From NCBI GenBank assembly GCA_903914535.1, contig CAIWPG010000277.1, positions 393 to 64,392 of the forward strand: a stretch of 64,000 nt of DNA. Reading direction: 5' to 3'. A program made the position numbers and the translations under genes. Shown in pieces: positions 13,795 through 24,406 of the stretch; position 1 is the stretch's first letter, and every line of letters starts with the position of its first letter. The DNA comes from an uncultured Oxalobacteraceae bacterium. Its GTDB lineage: Bacteria > Pseudomonadota > Gammaproteobacteria > Burkholderiales > Burkholderiaceae_D. Under the pieces are notes generated by a model that worked only from the letters and a program-made list of their open reading frames with translations, did not search any database and was not told the origin of the DNA.

Positions 13795-14616
13795 TTAATG
13801 ACCCTCGTGTGCCTGGCCGATGTAGACCAATGTCAGCATCATGAAAATAAATGCTTGCAAGAACACAATAAGAATATGAAATACTGCCCAGATAGAGCCT
13901 GCCAGAACCTGGCCTACGATACCAAATGTAGTCAGGGTCGCGCCCAATAAAGCGATCAATAAGAAAATCAATTCACCGGCGAACATGTTACCGAATAACC
14001 GCATCCCCAGTGAAACTGTTTTAGCTGCAAATTCAATAATATTCAGTAATAAATTAGCAGGAGCAGCCCAGATACCAAATGGTGCTGCAAATAATTCATG
14101 AATGAAGCCACCCAGACCTTTAATCTTGATGTTGTAATAGATCATCAGTGCAAATACACCCAGTGCCATGCCCAATGTACCATTCAGATCAGCCGTTGGC
14201 ACAACACGGTGATGAGGAATGACCGAACCCAGACCAAAAATTTCGATCAGTTTTGAAAACATGTCTACCGGTAAAAAATCCAGCGAGTTCATTATTGCAA
14301 CCCATACAAACACGGTCAGAGCCAATGGTGCGATGAAAGAACGGTCACCGTGAATAATACCTTTGGATTGTTCTTCAACCATTTCTACCAGCATCTCTAC
14401 CGCAGCCTGAAAACGGCCGGGTACGCCTGCAGTAGCGCGTTTTGCTGCGATGTACAGAATCAGGCAACCGACTACGCCCGAGAAAATAGACCAAAAAATG
14501 GTATCCAGATTAAACACAGACATATCAACGATGCCATGTTGATGACTGGTGGTGAAATGCCCAAGGTGATGGACAATATATTCTGACGCTGTTGGTGCGT
14601 TTTCTGTTGCGCTCAT
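13795..14616 (-). CDS. atpB: ATP synthase Fo subunit a
   Basis: [14 protein letters not shown]; LQAFIF. Confidence 0.98.
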   Translation of the reverse strand: MSATENAPTASEYIVHHLGHFTTSHQHGIVDMSVFNLDTIFWSIFSGVVGCLILYIAAKRATAGVPGRFQAAVEMLVEMVEEQSKGIIHGDRSFIAPLALTVFVWVAIMNSLDFLPVDMFSKLIEIFGLGSVIPHHRVVPTADLNGTLGMALGVFALMIYYNIKIKGLGGFIHELFAAPFGIWAAPANLLLNIIEFAAKTVSLGMRLFGNMFAGELIFLLIALLGATLTTFGIVGQVLAGSIWAVFHILIVFLQAFIFMMLTLVYIGQAHEGH

Positions 14617-14618
14617 AA

Positions 14619-14957
14619 TTAGCTTCTAAATAGTAAGATGAAATAACTTTTTAGTACCACAATGAACCCGACTAAAAATGCCAGCCAATGTACATCCCGG
14701 TACAACCAAACCACCGCTGCTAATAAAGCGATGGTTGTCGCAATCTTGACAAATTCTCCGACAAAAAAGGTGAGCGGGCTTGCCCCCTCAGGCTTGCGTG
14801 TGCCCGCAAACAAGCGCAGAGCAAATAACGCATTCGGGATGGCACAGGCCGCCCCGCCCAGCAACGCCGAAATCCCGGCCGATTGCCCGGCTATGCCAGC
14901 GGCAATCATCGCCACGATCAGTGCCACACCAATTTGCAGCAACACTATGCGTGCCAT
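14619..14957 (-). CDS. atpI: ATP synthase protein I
   Basis: Four hydrophobic segments, SALLGG..IPNALFA, GEFVK; first gene of the operon. Confidence 0.92.
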   Translation of the reverse strand: MARIVLLQIGVALIVAMIAAGIAGQSAGISALLGGAACAIPNALFALRLFAGTRKPEGASPLTFFVGEFVKIATTIALLAAVVWLYRDVHWLAFLVGFIVVLKSYFILLFRS

Positions 14958-15231
14958 GTTTTCCTTTATTTCGTCGTACCTGTACTTCGTATCAGTACTT
15001 TACCCGTATGTATTTACACACTTATATTCACACTTATTTTTTGCAACTACCCTTATCCGCCTGTTTCCTTACTTGTTGCTTATTTTCCGACTTGTTTTAT
15101 TTATTTTTATAATAATCAAACAGAAATGTTACATTTGCTCACAATTTTTTATAACCGGCACCTTGCATTTTAAAAAACTGCCGTCATCTTTTCTTTGACA
15201 AAAAAATACTCTTCGCGACCAAAACCGGCAA

Positions 15232-15260
15232 ATTATACGTGTAGTGCTTCCCAGCGTCAA
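15232..15260 (-). promoter_or_regulatory. sigma70 promoter of the atp operon
   Basis: TTGACG-17 nt-TATAAT on the minus strand, ~270 nt upstream of atpI. Confidence 0.8.
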
Positions 15261-15404
15261 ACTTTGCCTCAATTCGGTGCGATAAATACGCTGCTCATGC
15301 TTTTTTTACATTTACATTTTCTGTAAGATTGTAACTTACTCTCAAAATTTATTGATTGAAAAATACGTTAATTTTCATCGACATAGACAACATCTCTCTC
15401 ATAC

Positions 15405-15421
15405 AGCATAAAACGTGCCAG
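15405..15421 (-). promoter_or_regulatory. sigma54 (-24/-12) promoter motif
   Basis: CTGGCACGTTTTATGCT versus consensus YTGGCACG-N4-TTGCW: one mismatch, correct GG-N10-GC spacing. Confidence 0.6.
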
Positions 15422-15431
15422 TAATTTCTGA

Positions 15432-15522
15432 TGCACAGATATAGTGCATATAGCCGGTGGACACTATTGGTGCAATTTTATGCAGGCAAGACTGAGATTA
15501 TTATGTGTACCAATATCGCACA
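15432..15522. promoter_or_regulatory. Three NtrC-like boxes
   Basis: TGCACAGATATAGTGCA (15432-15448), TGGACACTATTGGTGCA (15458-15474), TGTACCAATATCGCACA (15506-15522) versus TGCAC-N7-GTGCA. Confidence 0.5.
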
Positions 15523-15630
15523 AGAGCTGATAAAAATTGAAACACCACATGCGGACATGCCGGCAAAAAAACACAGCGACAACGCAATGCTCAGAGTGAT
15601 GGCATCTTGCGAGTGCAAAATACCGGATAA

Positions 15631-15687
15631 GCAATCATGTTAATCATTATTTATATAACGATATAAAAATAATGATTAACATGTTGC
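15631..15687. repeat. Long AT-rich inverted repeat after parB (possible terminator)
   Basis: 17-bp arms CATGTTAATCATTATTT / AAATAATGATTAACATG, extendable with GCAA/TTGC. Confidence 0.75.
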
Positions 15688-15698
15688 CATAATGAAAA

Positions 15699-16583
15699 TT
15701 AAGTTCTTAGTTTTATTAAAACAGCATCTATCTCATCCAGATTTGTGAACTCAATGATCATCTGCCCTTTTCCCTTAGAACCCATTTTAAATTGCACTTT
15801 TGTTGCAAGCAAATCAGAAAGCTCCTCTTCAAGCCGCGTTATATCACGTGATTTTTCATGACGTCTGGGAGTAAGCTCATTTTGCTCTGCTGTTGTTTTA
15901 GATACCAGTTTTTCAGTTTCCCGCACTGACATACGTTTTGCCACGACCTGATTAGCAAGCTGAACCTGGGTTACTGCATCGACTGCCAGTAGCGCACGCG
16001 CATGCCCCATATCAATATCACCGGCCATCAACATGGTTTGAACCGTATTGGCCAGGTTAAGTAAGCGCAGTAAATTAGATACCGCACTGCGTGAACGTCC
16101 TACTGCCTGCGCTGCCTGTTCATGCGTAAAACTAAAATCACTAATTAACCGGTGTATGCCCTGCGCCTCCTCCAACGGGTTAAGGTCTTCTCGCTGGATA
16201 TTTTCAATCAGAGCCATTGCTGCCGCGGCCAGATCATCGACATCCTTAACCAATACAGGAACCTCAGTCAATCCAGCCATCTCTGCAGCACGAAACCTTC
16301 GTTCCCCTGCAATAATTTCGTAGCTGGTTTCACCCAACACCAAACCGACAGGTCTCACCAATATCGGCTGCATGATTCCCTGTGCTTTAATGGATGCGGC
16401 CAACTCAGCCAAAGCGCCTTCATCCATTCTGGTACGTGGCTGATATTTGCCGGCCTGAAGTAAAGTAAGTGGCAAGGCATTTGGAAATCCGGCAAGATCA
16501 GGTACTGCCTGGGCAAATTCGGCTGAACCGCCCAATAACGCATCCAAGCCGCGACCCAGTCCCTTTGGTTTTTTTGTGACCAT
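15699..16583 (-). CDS. parB: Chromosome partitioning protein ParB
   Basis: KGLGRGLDALL, YQPR, IIAGERRFRA, ENIQREDLNPLEEA, HTH. Confidence 0.98.
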   Translation of the reverse strand: MVTKKPKGLGRGLDALLGGSAEFAQAVPDLAGFPNALPLTLLQAGKYQPRTRMDEGALAELAASIKAQGIMQPILVRPVGLVLGETSYEIIAGERRFRAAEMAGLTEVPVLVKDVDDLAAAAMALIENIQREDLNPLEEAQGIHRLISDFSFTHEQAAQAVGRSRSAVSNLLRLLNLANTVQTMLMAGDIDMGHARALLAVDAVTQVQLANQVVAKRMSVRETEKLVSKTTAEQNELTPRRHEKSRDITRLEEELSDLLATKVQFKMGSKGKGQMIIEFTNLDEIDAVLIKLRT

Positions 16584-16589
16584 AATGCT

Positions 16590-17366
16590 CTACTTTTCTA
16601 ATTGTTTAATTCGCTCAACCATCTCGGCACCAAATGCAATGTAGGCTTGTGCCCCTTTGGAGGATGGATCAAAAACTACGCCGGGCATTCCGTACGAAGG
16701 TGCTTCTGCCAGTCTGACATTACGTGGAATCATTGTTTTAAATACCTTGTCACCAAAATGCTGCTCTAACTGCGCAGACACCTGTTGAGATAAGGTCATG
16801 CGAGGATCAAACATAACCCGCAACAAGCCAACAATTTCCAATTCCGGGTTCAGGTTCAGATGTACCTTTTTAATCGTATTAGCGAGGTCTGAGAGGCCTT
16901 CCAGCGCATAATATTCACACTGCATAGGAATAATTACGCCATGGGCACAGCACAGTCCGTTAAGCGTTAGCATGGACAATGCTGGCGGACAATCAATCAA
17001 AATAAAATCGTAATCATCACGCACATCTGCAAGAGCCAGGCGCAACCGGTTTTCACGGTCATCCATCTCAACCAGTTCAACTTCTGCTCCGGCAAGTTCC
17101 CTGTTTGCGGGCAGTACGTCATAATTTCCGGTGGTGGAGACCTGACGTACCGACCTGACATCAGCCATTCCCAGCAATACCTGGTAAATCGTCGTTTTAA
17201 GCTTGGCTTTATCCACGCCGGAACCCATCGTGGCATTTCCCTGCGGATCAAGATCAACCAGCAAAACACGTTGTTTTAATTTTGCTAAACCGGCAGCCAA
17301 ATTTACTGTCGTGGTGGTTTTTCCTACCCCCCCTTTTTGGTTTGCAATACAGAAAATTTTAGCCAT
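16590..17366 (-). CDS. parA: Chromosome partitioning ATPase ParA/Soj
   Basis: NQKGGVGKTTT, DLDPQGNAT, IPRNVRLAEAPS. Confidence 0.98.
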   Translation of the reverse strand: MAKIFCIANQKGGVGKTTTTVNLAAGLAKLKQRVLLVDLDPQGNATMGSGVDKAKLKTTIYQVLLGMADVRSVRQVSTTGNYDVLPANRELAGAEVELVEMDDRENRLRLALADVRDDYDFILIDCPPALSMLTLNGLCCAHGVIIPMQCEYYALEGLSDLANTIKKVHLNLNPELEIVGLLRVMFDPRMTLSQQVSAQLEQHFGDKVFKTMIPRNVRLAEAPSYGMPGVVFDPSSKGAQAYIAFGAEMVERIKQLEK

Positions 17367-17402
17367 AATTCCTTCGGATAATTAGTGAAAACGGGAGGCG
17401 CA

Positions 17403-18077
17403 TTAACATACCACCGCCTCTGGCACAACACGCTGCAGCCAGAGCAAATGACGTTGGGCTTCCAGGCCGGGAACGATAAGCGCCTGAATTTTTTTGACGG
17501 CCCAGCCCTCTGGCAACACCTCAATTTCGTGCTCCGGCAACTGCCCTTTCATGGCAATCATCTGCCCATTTTCGGCCAGGCAATGACCAGCCCAATTTAC
17601 AAAATTAGCCAACTCTGAAAAGGCCCGTGATGTGATCACATCAAAAGGAACACGGCTGACTAATTGCTCTACCCGGCCGGTATGAACCGTCACATTTTTA
17701 AGTCCGAGCTCAGCTTTCACCTGAGTCAGAAATGCCGTTTTTTTAGTTACGGTATCAATGAGCGCCACACTTTTTTCAGGATAAGCAATCGCCAGAACCA
17801 TACCCGGCAAACCACCGCCGGCACCCACATCCAAAATGGATTTAGCTTCGCTGAAGGCCGGAACTGCTGCCAGCGTATCCAGCAAGTGCTGTCGCACCAT
17901 ATCTATCGGATCACGCACCGAAGTCAGGTTATAAACAGAGTTCCATTTTATTAACAATGCCAGATAAGCCAGTAATTGCTGAATCTGCTGTTCACTTAAT
18001 GTAAGCCGGAGAGTCGCGATCCCGTCCGTCAAAAGTTGCCTTATTTTTAATGGCTGTGCTTGATTCATCATCGTCAC
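17403..18077 (-). CDS. rsmG: 16S rRNA m7G527 methyltransferase
   Basis: [22 protein letters not shown]; follows mnmG. Confidence 0.97.
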   Translation of the reverse strand: MTMMNQAQPLKIRQLLTDGIATLRLTLSEQQIQQLLAYLALLIKWNSVYNLTSVRDPIDMVRQHLLDTLAAVPAFSEAKSILDVGAGGGLPGMVLAIAYPEKSVALIDTVTKKTAFLTQVKAELGLKNVTVHTGRVEQLVSRVPFDVITSRAFSELANFVNWAGHCLAENGQMIAMKGQLPEHEIEVLPEGWAVKKIQALIVPGLEAQRHLLWLQRVVPEAVVC

Positions 18078-20011
18078 TTTTCCTCTTTAACTGGCGAAGG
18101 TGTTTTTACAAAAGCTTCAAACCCACGTTTTTTTAAATGTACCAGCAGCAGCGAAATGGCAGCCGGAGTTACACCTGAAATACGGGCACACTGACCCAAA
18201 GTTTCCGGACGATGTTTATTCAGCTTTTGTTTTACCTCTATCGACAAACCATTCACTTCCAGATAATCAAAACTGACTGGCATAGGCAGATTTTCAAATG
18301 ATGCATGACGCTCCACTTCCTTGGCCTGTCTGTCGATGTATCCGGCATATTTCACGTGAATTTCGACCTGTTCTTTTACCGCCGGGTCTTCTACCGCAGG
18401 ACCGGCAACATCAAATCCATCTATCCCGCGCAAGGTCATCAGGCTGTCGTATGTCACCTCGGGACGTCGTAACAAATCCGACAAGGCATATTCCCGCTCC
18501 AGTGCTTTGCCTGCCACCCGTTCGGATTCGGCATCGGCCACAATACGCGGATTGACCCAGGTCGATTTCAGACGCTCCAATTCCCTTGCGACCGCTTCAC
18601 GTTTTTTCTCAAATGCAGCCCATTGAATATCACCCACACAACCAAGATGACGCCCTGTTTCCGTAAGACGCATATCGGCATTATCTTCACGCAGACTAAG
18701 GCGATATTCCGCCCTGCTGGTAAACATGCGGTATGGTTCCTGTATGCCTTTGGTAATCAGATCGTCGACCAGCACACCAAGATAAGCCTCGGAACGCAGT
18801 GGCGTCCAGGCATCACGCTGTTGCGTGTATAGTGCGGCATTCAGGCCAGCCAGCATTCCCTGCGCAGCAGCTTCTTCATATCCGGTCGTACCATTAATTT
18901 GGCCGGCAAAAAACAGCCCCTGAATCTGACGTGTTTCTAAACTGGCTTTTAATCCGCGCGGATCAAAATAATCATATTCAATGGCATAGCCGGGGCGCAA
19001 AATATACGCATTTTCCATACCACGCATAGAGCGCACCAACGCTAACTGCACATCAAATGGCAAACTGGTCGATACACCATTCGGGTAATATTCGTTGGTT
19101 GTCAGCCCTTCCGGCTCCAAAAAGATCTGATGCGCATCCTTTTCAGAAAACCGGTGAATCTTATCTTCAATAGACGGGCAATATCTTGGGCCCACTCCTT
19201 CAATAACCCCGGTATACATCGGGCTGCGGTCAAGACCAGCACGAATAATATCGTGCGTCTGCTGATTAGTATGTGTAATCCAGCAGGGCACCTGACGCGG
19301 ATGCATAGCCGTATTTCCCATAAAGGAAAATACCGGCACCGGATCTAAATCGCCAGGCTGTTCTTGCATAACTGAAAAATTAATTGACCGTCCATCAATA
19401 CGCGGTGGCGTACCTGTTTTCAGACGACCTTGTGGCAAGGATAATTCTTTTAAACGCGCCGATAATGAAATAGCGGGAGGATCACCAGCCCGGCCCGCAG
19501 GGTAATTATTTAACCCGACGTGAATTTTTCCGTCCAAAAATGTTCCTGCCGTCAACACAACGGAACGTGCTTTAAAGCGAACTCCAACCTGAGTTACCGC
19601 ACCAACAACGCGCTCGCCTTCTACAATTAAATCATCAACTGCCTGCTGAAATAGCCATAAATTTGGCTGATTTTCTAAACGGCTGCGTATGGCCTGCTTA
19701 TACAATATGCGATCAGCTTGTGCCCTGGTTGCCCGTACAGCAGGACCTTTGGATGAGTTCAGGATACGGAACTGTATTCCTGCTTCATCTGTTGCTATTG
19801 CCATTGCACCGCCCATAGCATCAACTTCTTTAACCAAATGCCCCTTACCAATCCCACCGATGGAAGGATTGCATGACATCTGCCCCAGGGTTTCAATATT
19901 ATGGGATAACAACAAAGTAGATTGCCCCATACGAGCAGAAGCCAGCGCCGCTTCGGTACCAGCATGCCCTCCCCCCACCACAATCACATCAAATTCTTTT
20001 GGATAATACAT
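18074..20011 (-). CDS. mnmG: tRNA modification enzyme MnmG (GidA)
   Basis: [46 protein letters not shown]; start ATG 20011. Confidence 0.99.
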   Translation of the reverse strand: MYYPKEFDVIVVGGGHAGTEAALASARMGQSTLLLSHNIETLGQMSCNPSIGGIGKGHLVKEVDAMGGAMAIATDEAGIQFRILNSSKGPAVRATRAQADRILYKQAIRSRLENQPNLWLFQQAVDDLIVEGERVVGAVTQVGVRFKARSVVLTAGTFLDGKIHVGLNNYPAGRAGDPPAISLSARLKELSLPQGRLKTGTPPRIDGRSINFSVMQEQPGDLDPVPVFSFMGNTAMHPRQVPCWITHTNQQTHDIIRAGLDRSPMYTGVIEGVGPRYCPSIEDKIHRFSEKDAHQIFLEPEGLTTNEYYPNGVSTSLPFDVQLALVRSMRGMENAYILRPGYAIEYDYFDPRGLKASLETRQIQGLFFAGQINGTTGYEEAAAQGMLAGLNAALYTQQRDAWTPLRSEAYLGVLVDDLITKGIQEPYRMFTSRAEYRLSLREDNADMRLTETGRHLGCVGDIQWAAFEKKREAVARELERLKSTWVNPRIVADAESERVAGKALEREYALSDLLRRPEVTYDSLMTLRGIDGFDVAGPAVEDPAVKEQVEIHVKYAGYIDRQAKEVERHASFENLPMPVSFDYLEVNGLSIEVKQKLNKHRPETLGQCARISGVTPAAISLLLVHLKKRGFEAFVKTPSPVKEEK

Positions 20012-20091
20012 AGTCGCCTCAAAGAGACCTAAATCGATCAATAACAGCGATTATAAATCTTTTTATCACATGCATTACATTGTTCAGCCCG

Positions 20092-20107
20092 TGTTCCACG
20101 TGAAACA
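20092..20107. promoter_or_regulatory. parS site
   Basis: TGTTCCACGTGAAACA matches the universal parS palindrome. Confidence 0.9.
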
Positions 20108-20176
20108 ATGAATCCGGGTTTAAATTACACATTAATTTACAGCGACAATAAATCAAACTTAACAATAAAAAGCGAC

Positions 20177-20185
20177 TTATCCACA
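20177..20185 (+). promoter_or_regulatory. DnaA box upstream of mnmG
   Basis: Perfect TTATCCACA. Confidence 0.7.
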
Positions 20186-20427
20186 ATGAATTTTACTGCG
20201 GAGATGTATTCGTTATTGTTGAATTTATTTAAAATTAGCGCCAGATCATTCTTAGCTCTTGTTATTTACAAGGCATACCAACATAAAATGAAACAGGAGA
20301 ATTTACCGGTTAACGTGTTTGGCAAATGCATTTGAGTGCATCGCCGGTTTTTTAACCCGGCCTTTTAGCTTACCTGCTTTTTGACTCACACTTTTTATCA
20401 AGATCAATAACGGATAAAAAACGAAGA

Positions 20428-20443
20428 CGTTTCACGTGAAACA
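20428..20443. promoter_or_regulatory. parS site
   Basis: CGTTTCACGTGAAACA. Confidence 0.9.
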
Positions 20444-20455
20444 AAATGAAAATGC

Positions 20456-21217
20456 TCAATGAAAAAAAGCGTCGTAACTTGTTTTAACTATTAATATCGA
20501 AACCACTGCCAGAAATAATTGCCTTACAAATACACTCCCCTTTTGAATCGCCAGCCGGCTTCCCACCAATGATCCCAAAACACCAAAGACAGCCATCGTA
20601 CATCCGATCCGCCACATAACATGCCCGCCAAAACCAAATAAGCATAACGCAGCTGCATTACAGGCGACATTCACAATTTTTGAAATAGCCGAGGCACGTA
20701 AAAAATCCAGGCCGAAAAAACGGACAAAAATAAAAATTAAAAAACTTCCGGTACCTGGTCCAAAAAAACCATCATAAAAACCAATGCCAGCACCAGCTAA
20801 AAAAGAGAGCGCAAACTCGGTATAACCTGAATATCTGGGAATATGATCTTGCCCAAAATTTTTACGTCGAAACGTATATATAGCAACAGCCAACAAAATA
20901 AGCGGTAAGCATTTTCTAAGAAATCCGGGAGGAATATGTGTAACGGTATACGCGCCAATAAATGAAAAGCACAATGCACCGACAGATGCAGGAAGTGCCA
21001 TTGACCAACGCACGCTGACTGCACGCGCATAATTTACGGCTGCTGCTGCAGTTCCCCAAATTCCGGCCAATTTATTAGTACCTAACAAGGTAGCCGGAAT
21101 ACCCACGGGATAAATAGAAAATAGCGCAGGAACATTAATTAAACCACCTCCCCCCACAACAGCATCTATTAAACCGGCAAAAAAAGCAGCACTACTTAAA
21201 ATAAGGTACTCAGTCAT
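20456..21217 (-). CDS. TauE/SafE (TSUP) family exporter
   Basis: AGLIDAVVGGGGLI, GTNKL, GFYDGFFGPGTGSF. Confidence 0.93.
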   Translation of the reverse strand: MTEYLILSSAAFFAGLIDAVVGGGGLINVPALFSIYPVGIPATLLGTNKLAGIWGTAAAAVNYARAVSVRWSMALPASVGALCFSFIGAYTVTHIPPGFLRKCLPLILLAVAIYTFRRKNFGQDHIPRYSGYTEFALSFLAGAGIGFYDGFFGPGTGSFLIFIFVRFFGLDFLRASAISKIVNVACNAAALCLFGFGGHVMWRIGCTMAVFGVLGSLVGSRLAIQKGSVFVRQLFLAVVSILIVKTSYDAFFH

Positions 21218-21264
21218 TATATTGTAATTAAGTTAATGAAAATCAAGGGGCTTAACATTTAGTA

Positions 21265-22233
21265 TTAATGTACGGGCCAGCGCGCAGAAATTTCTCCGAC
21301 AATGCCGCGTCTGAATAAAAGAACACAGGCAACGAAGATTAATCCGGTAACCAGGGAAACTGACTCACCCAGGGTGGCAAACCAATCAATATGAGTCACA
21401 GTTGCCAGCCAGATACCGACATCGCCCAATTTGTTTTCTAATGAAATAATTAATACGGCACCAACAATTGGCCCTGCAAAAGTCCCCATACCACCAACCA
21501 GTGTCATCAGAATCACCAGGCCAGATAAACTCCAGTGCACATCGGATAAAGTAGCAAAGCCCAAAACAACTGTTTTTGTTGCCCCAGCCAGACCAGCCAA
21601 CGCAGATGAAAGAATAAAAATTAACAACTTATATTTATCAACGTCATACCCTAACGAAATAGCTCTGGGTTCATTTTCTTTAATGGCCTTTATAATTTGC
21701 CCGAACGGAGAATGAATGACACGCAAAATAAAAAGAAAACCGAACACCGAAATACACAGCACCAGATAATACAAGTTCATATCACTGGTCAGATCCAATA
21801 CACCAAATAATTTTCCGCGGACGACTCCCTGCAGCCCGTCTTCCCCTCCCGTAACAGAAGACTGCAAACAAACGAAGTACCACATTTGAGCTAATGCCAG
21901 CGTAATCATAGAAAAATAAATACCTTGCCGGCGTATTGCCAGCATCCCCATAATTAAGCCTAAGAATGCCCCCAGCAAAGTCCCCAGCAATAGTGCCAGC
22001 TCTGTCGGCACACCATAGGTTTGAATAACATAACCGGTCAGATATGCAGCTCCGCCAAAAAAAGCAGCGTGACCAAACGACAGTAATCCGGTGAATCCCA
22101 CCAACAAATTAAATGCACAGGCAAATAAAGAAAAGCACAATAATTTCATTAAAAAAATGGGGTAAATACCAAAGGGAGCTGCCAGCAATAAGCCCAGAAC
22201 AACTACAAAAAAGAGGCGATTTTTATTATTCAC
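21265..22233 (-). CDS. livM: Branched-chain amino acid-type ABC permease (LivM family)
   Basis: GFTGLLSFGHAAFFG, TGGEDG, AIKENEPRAISLG; GTG start. Confidence 0.92.
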   Translation of the reverse strand: MNNKNRLFFVVVLGLLLAAPFGIYPIFLMKLLCFSLFACAFNLLVGFTGLLSFGHAAFFGGAAYLTGYVIQTYGVPTELALLLGTLLGAFLGLIMGMLAIRRQGIYFSMITLALAQMWYFVCLQSSVTGGEDGLQGVVRGKLFGVLDLTSDMNLYYLVLCISVFGFLFILRVIHSPFGQIIKAIKENEPRAISLGYDVDKYKLLIFILSSALAGLAGATKTVVLGFATLSDVHWSLSGLVILMTLVGGMGTFAGPIVGAVLIISLENKLGDVGIWLATVTHIDWFATLGESVSLVTGLIFVACVLLFRRGIVGEISARWPVH

Positions 22234-22235
22234 TT

Positions 22236-23120
22236 TTATTTTTCTTTCCCAAATAAGCCGCTGGGTCTGAGAACCAAAACAATGACCATAACGAAGAAAA
22301 CCACCGTAGCCGACGCCTCAGGGTAAAAGACACGGGTAAGTCCTTCAATCACACCAAGCCCCAAACCTGTCAGTATCGACCCCATTATGGAACCCATACC
22401 GCCAATTACAACCACAGCAAATACAACGATAATCAGATTGGATCCCATCAGGGGGGAAACCTGAATAACCGGAGCAGCCAGAACCCCCGCAAAGGCCGCC
22501 AAAGCCACACCAAATCCATACGTCAGTGTCACCATCAGAGGAACATTAATACCGAAGGCTTCCAGCATTTTGGCATTCTCCGTTCCGGCACGCAGGTATG
22601 ACCCCAGCTTGGTTTTTTCAATGACCAGCCAGGTAGAGAAACACACAAGCAGAGAGACCAGAACGACCCATGCACGATAATTTGGCAAAACCATGAATCC
22701 CAGATCGGTTGCTCCGGCTAACTCTGCAGGCACCTCATAGGGCTGCCCTGATACGCCAAAAAAAGACCGGAATAAACCTTCTGCCAGCAAGGTAAGGCCA
22801 AAGGTAAGAAGCAAGCCGTAAAGATGGTCTAACTTATATAAACGGCGCAGCATAGTTTTTTCAATGATGAGACCAATCACACCAATACTAACTGGCGCCA
22901 GCAACAGCATGCTCCAGTAACTGAACCCAAAATAGTTCAGCCCTATCCAGGCAAAAAAAGCCCCCATCATATAAAAAGCACCGTGAGCAAAATTAATGAC
23001 ATTTAATAAGCCGAAAATTACCGCCAGCCCAAGCGACAACATCGCATAAAAAGAACCATTAACTAAGCCCAGTAATAATTGACTTAAAAAAGCTTGCAGG
23101 GGAATACCGAAAATTGTCAT
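22236..23120 (-). CDS. livH: Branched-chain amino acid-type ABC permease (LivH family)
   Basis: SLGLAVIFGLLNVINFAHG, IGGMGS; start ATG 23120. Confidence 0.92.
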   Translation of the reverse strand: MTIFGIPLQAFLSQLLLGLVNGSFYAMLSLGLAVIFGLLNVINFAHGAFYMMGAFFAWIGLNYFGFSYWSMLLLAPVSIGVIGLIIEKTMLRRLYKLDHLYGLLLTFGLTLLAEGLFRSFFGVSGQPYEVPAELAGATDLGFMVLPNYRAWVVLVSLLVCFSTWLVIEKTKLGSYLRAGTENAKMLEAFGINVPLMVTLTYGFGVALAAFAGVLAAPVIQVSPLMGSNLIIVVFAVVVIGGMGSIMGSILTGLGLGVIEGLTRVFYPEASATVVFFVMVIVLVLRPSGLFGKEK

Positions 23121-23183
23121 ATTAATCTCACCAAAAAGAATCCAACGCAGCGCCGCACACAACAATGCGGCGCTGCGATCATA

Positions 23184-24380
23184 TTATTTCCAATAACTAC
23201 ATTTGGATTCTGCTTTGGTCATATAGGCTTGTTCACCAGGAATAGTTTGTACTACCTTGTAATAATCCCAGGGATATTTAGCTTCGCCCGGTTTTTTTAC
23301 TTCCATTAAATACATATCATGCACCATGCGCCCATCAGGACGGATAACGCCATTTTTTGTAAAGAAGTCGTTAATCGGCGTCTTTTTCAATTGCGTCATA
23401 ACCTTATCCGGATCATCGGTATTTAGCGCTTTAACAGCCTTTAAATAATTCATGACAGCGGAATAATCAGCAGCCTGTAGCATGGATGGTTCTTTTTTCA
23501 TTTTTTCAAAATAGCGTTTTGACCAGGCACGAGTCTCGGGATTCAGATCCCAATACCAGCCATCTGTTAAAAACATACCCTGTGTCAGATTTAAACCCAG
23601 CGAGTGTATGTCATTAATAAACATGAGCAAGCCAGCCAGCTTCATCGTTTTCGTCACGCCAAATTCATTCGCGGCTTTGATCGCATTAACGGTATCGCCA
23701 CCCGCATTAGCAAGACCGAGAACCTGGGCTCTGGATGATTGAGCCTGCAATAAAAAAGAAGAAAAATCAGAGGCAGATAAAGGATGTTTCACCTCACCCA
23801 GCACCTTACCGCCATTAAGTTTAACAACCTCAGCGGTATCTTTTTCAAGTGAAGTACCAAATGCGTAATCTGCGGTCAGAAAGTACCATGTCTTGCCTCC
23901 TTGCCTGACCAGAGCTCCTCCTGTTCCGCGTGCCAGTGCAACAGTATCGTAAGCGTAGTGAATCGTATAAGGAGAACAATCCTCATTGGTCAGACGTGAT
24001 GACCCGGCACCAATAACAATAAAAGGATGTTTTTTTTCTGCGGCTATTTTTGCCATCGCCAGATTAACGGCAGAATTAGTACCTCCAATTAATACATCAA
24101 GCCCTCCCTGATCAAACCATTCACGTGCTTTATTAGCAGCTATATCTGCTTTATTCTGATGATCCGCAAAAACAAATTCAATTTTTTTCCCATTAATATT
24201 CCCCCCTGTATCAGCAATCGCCATCTTGATCGCTTCTGCACCGCCGGGACCATCAATGTCAGCATAAACACCTGACATGTCTGTAATAAAACCAAGCTTA
24301 ATAACATCGTTGGATATTTGCGCGTCTGCATAAGCCGACATCATCAGCATAATTGCGACTGAAGTTATTTTTAATTTCAT
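23184..24380 (-). CDS. Liv-type ABC substrate-binding protein
   Basis: Signal peptide, DMSGVYAD, DHQNKAD, DYAFG. Confidence 0.92.
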   Translation of the reverse strand: MKLKITSVAIMLMMSAYADAQISNDVIKLGFITDMSGVYADIDGPGGAEAIKMAIADTGGNINGKKIEFVFADHQNKADIAANKAREWFDQGGLDVLIGGTNSAVNLAMAKIAAEKKHPFIVIGAGSSRLTNEDCSPYTIHYAYDTVALARGTGGALVRQGGKTWYFLTADYAFGTSLEKDTAEVVKLNGGKVLGEVKHPLSASDFSSFLLQAQSSRAQVLGLANAGGDTVNAIKAANEFGVTKTMKLAGLLMFINDIHSLGLNLTQGMFLTDGWYWDLNPETRAWSKRYFEKMKKEPSMLQAADYSAVMNYLKAVKALNTDDPDKVMTQLKKTPINDFFTKNGVIRPDGRMVHDMYLMEVKKPGEAKYPWDYYKVVQTIPGEQAYMTKAESKCSYWK

Positions 24381-24406
24381 TTCGTCTCCTGGGGGGGTAA
24401 GTTAGT

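Noticed and set aside
14662-15198. Three overlapping plus-strand ORFs, including a hydrophobic 178-aa one
   Set aside because: Antisense to atpI and its purine-rich leader; hydrophobicity comes from T-richness.
20108-20335. 75-aa ORF between the parS sites
   Set aside because: No SD, no recognisable motif, overlaps regulatory sites.
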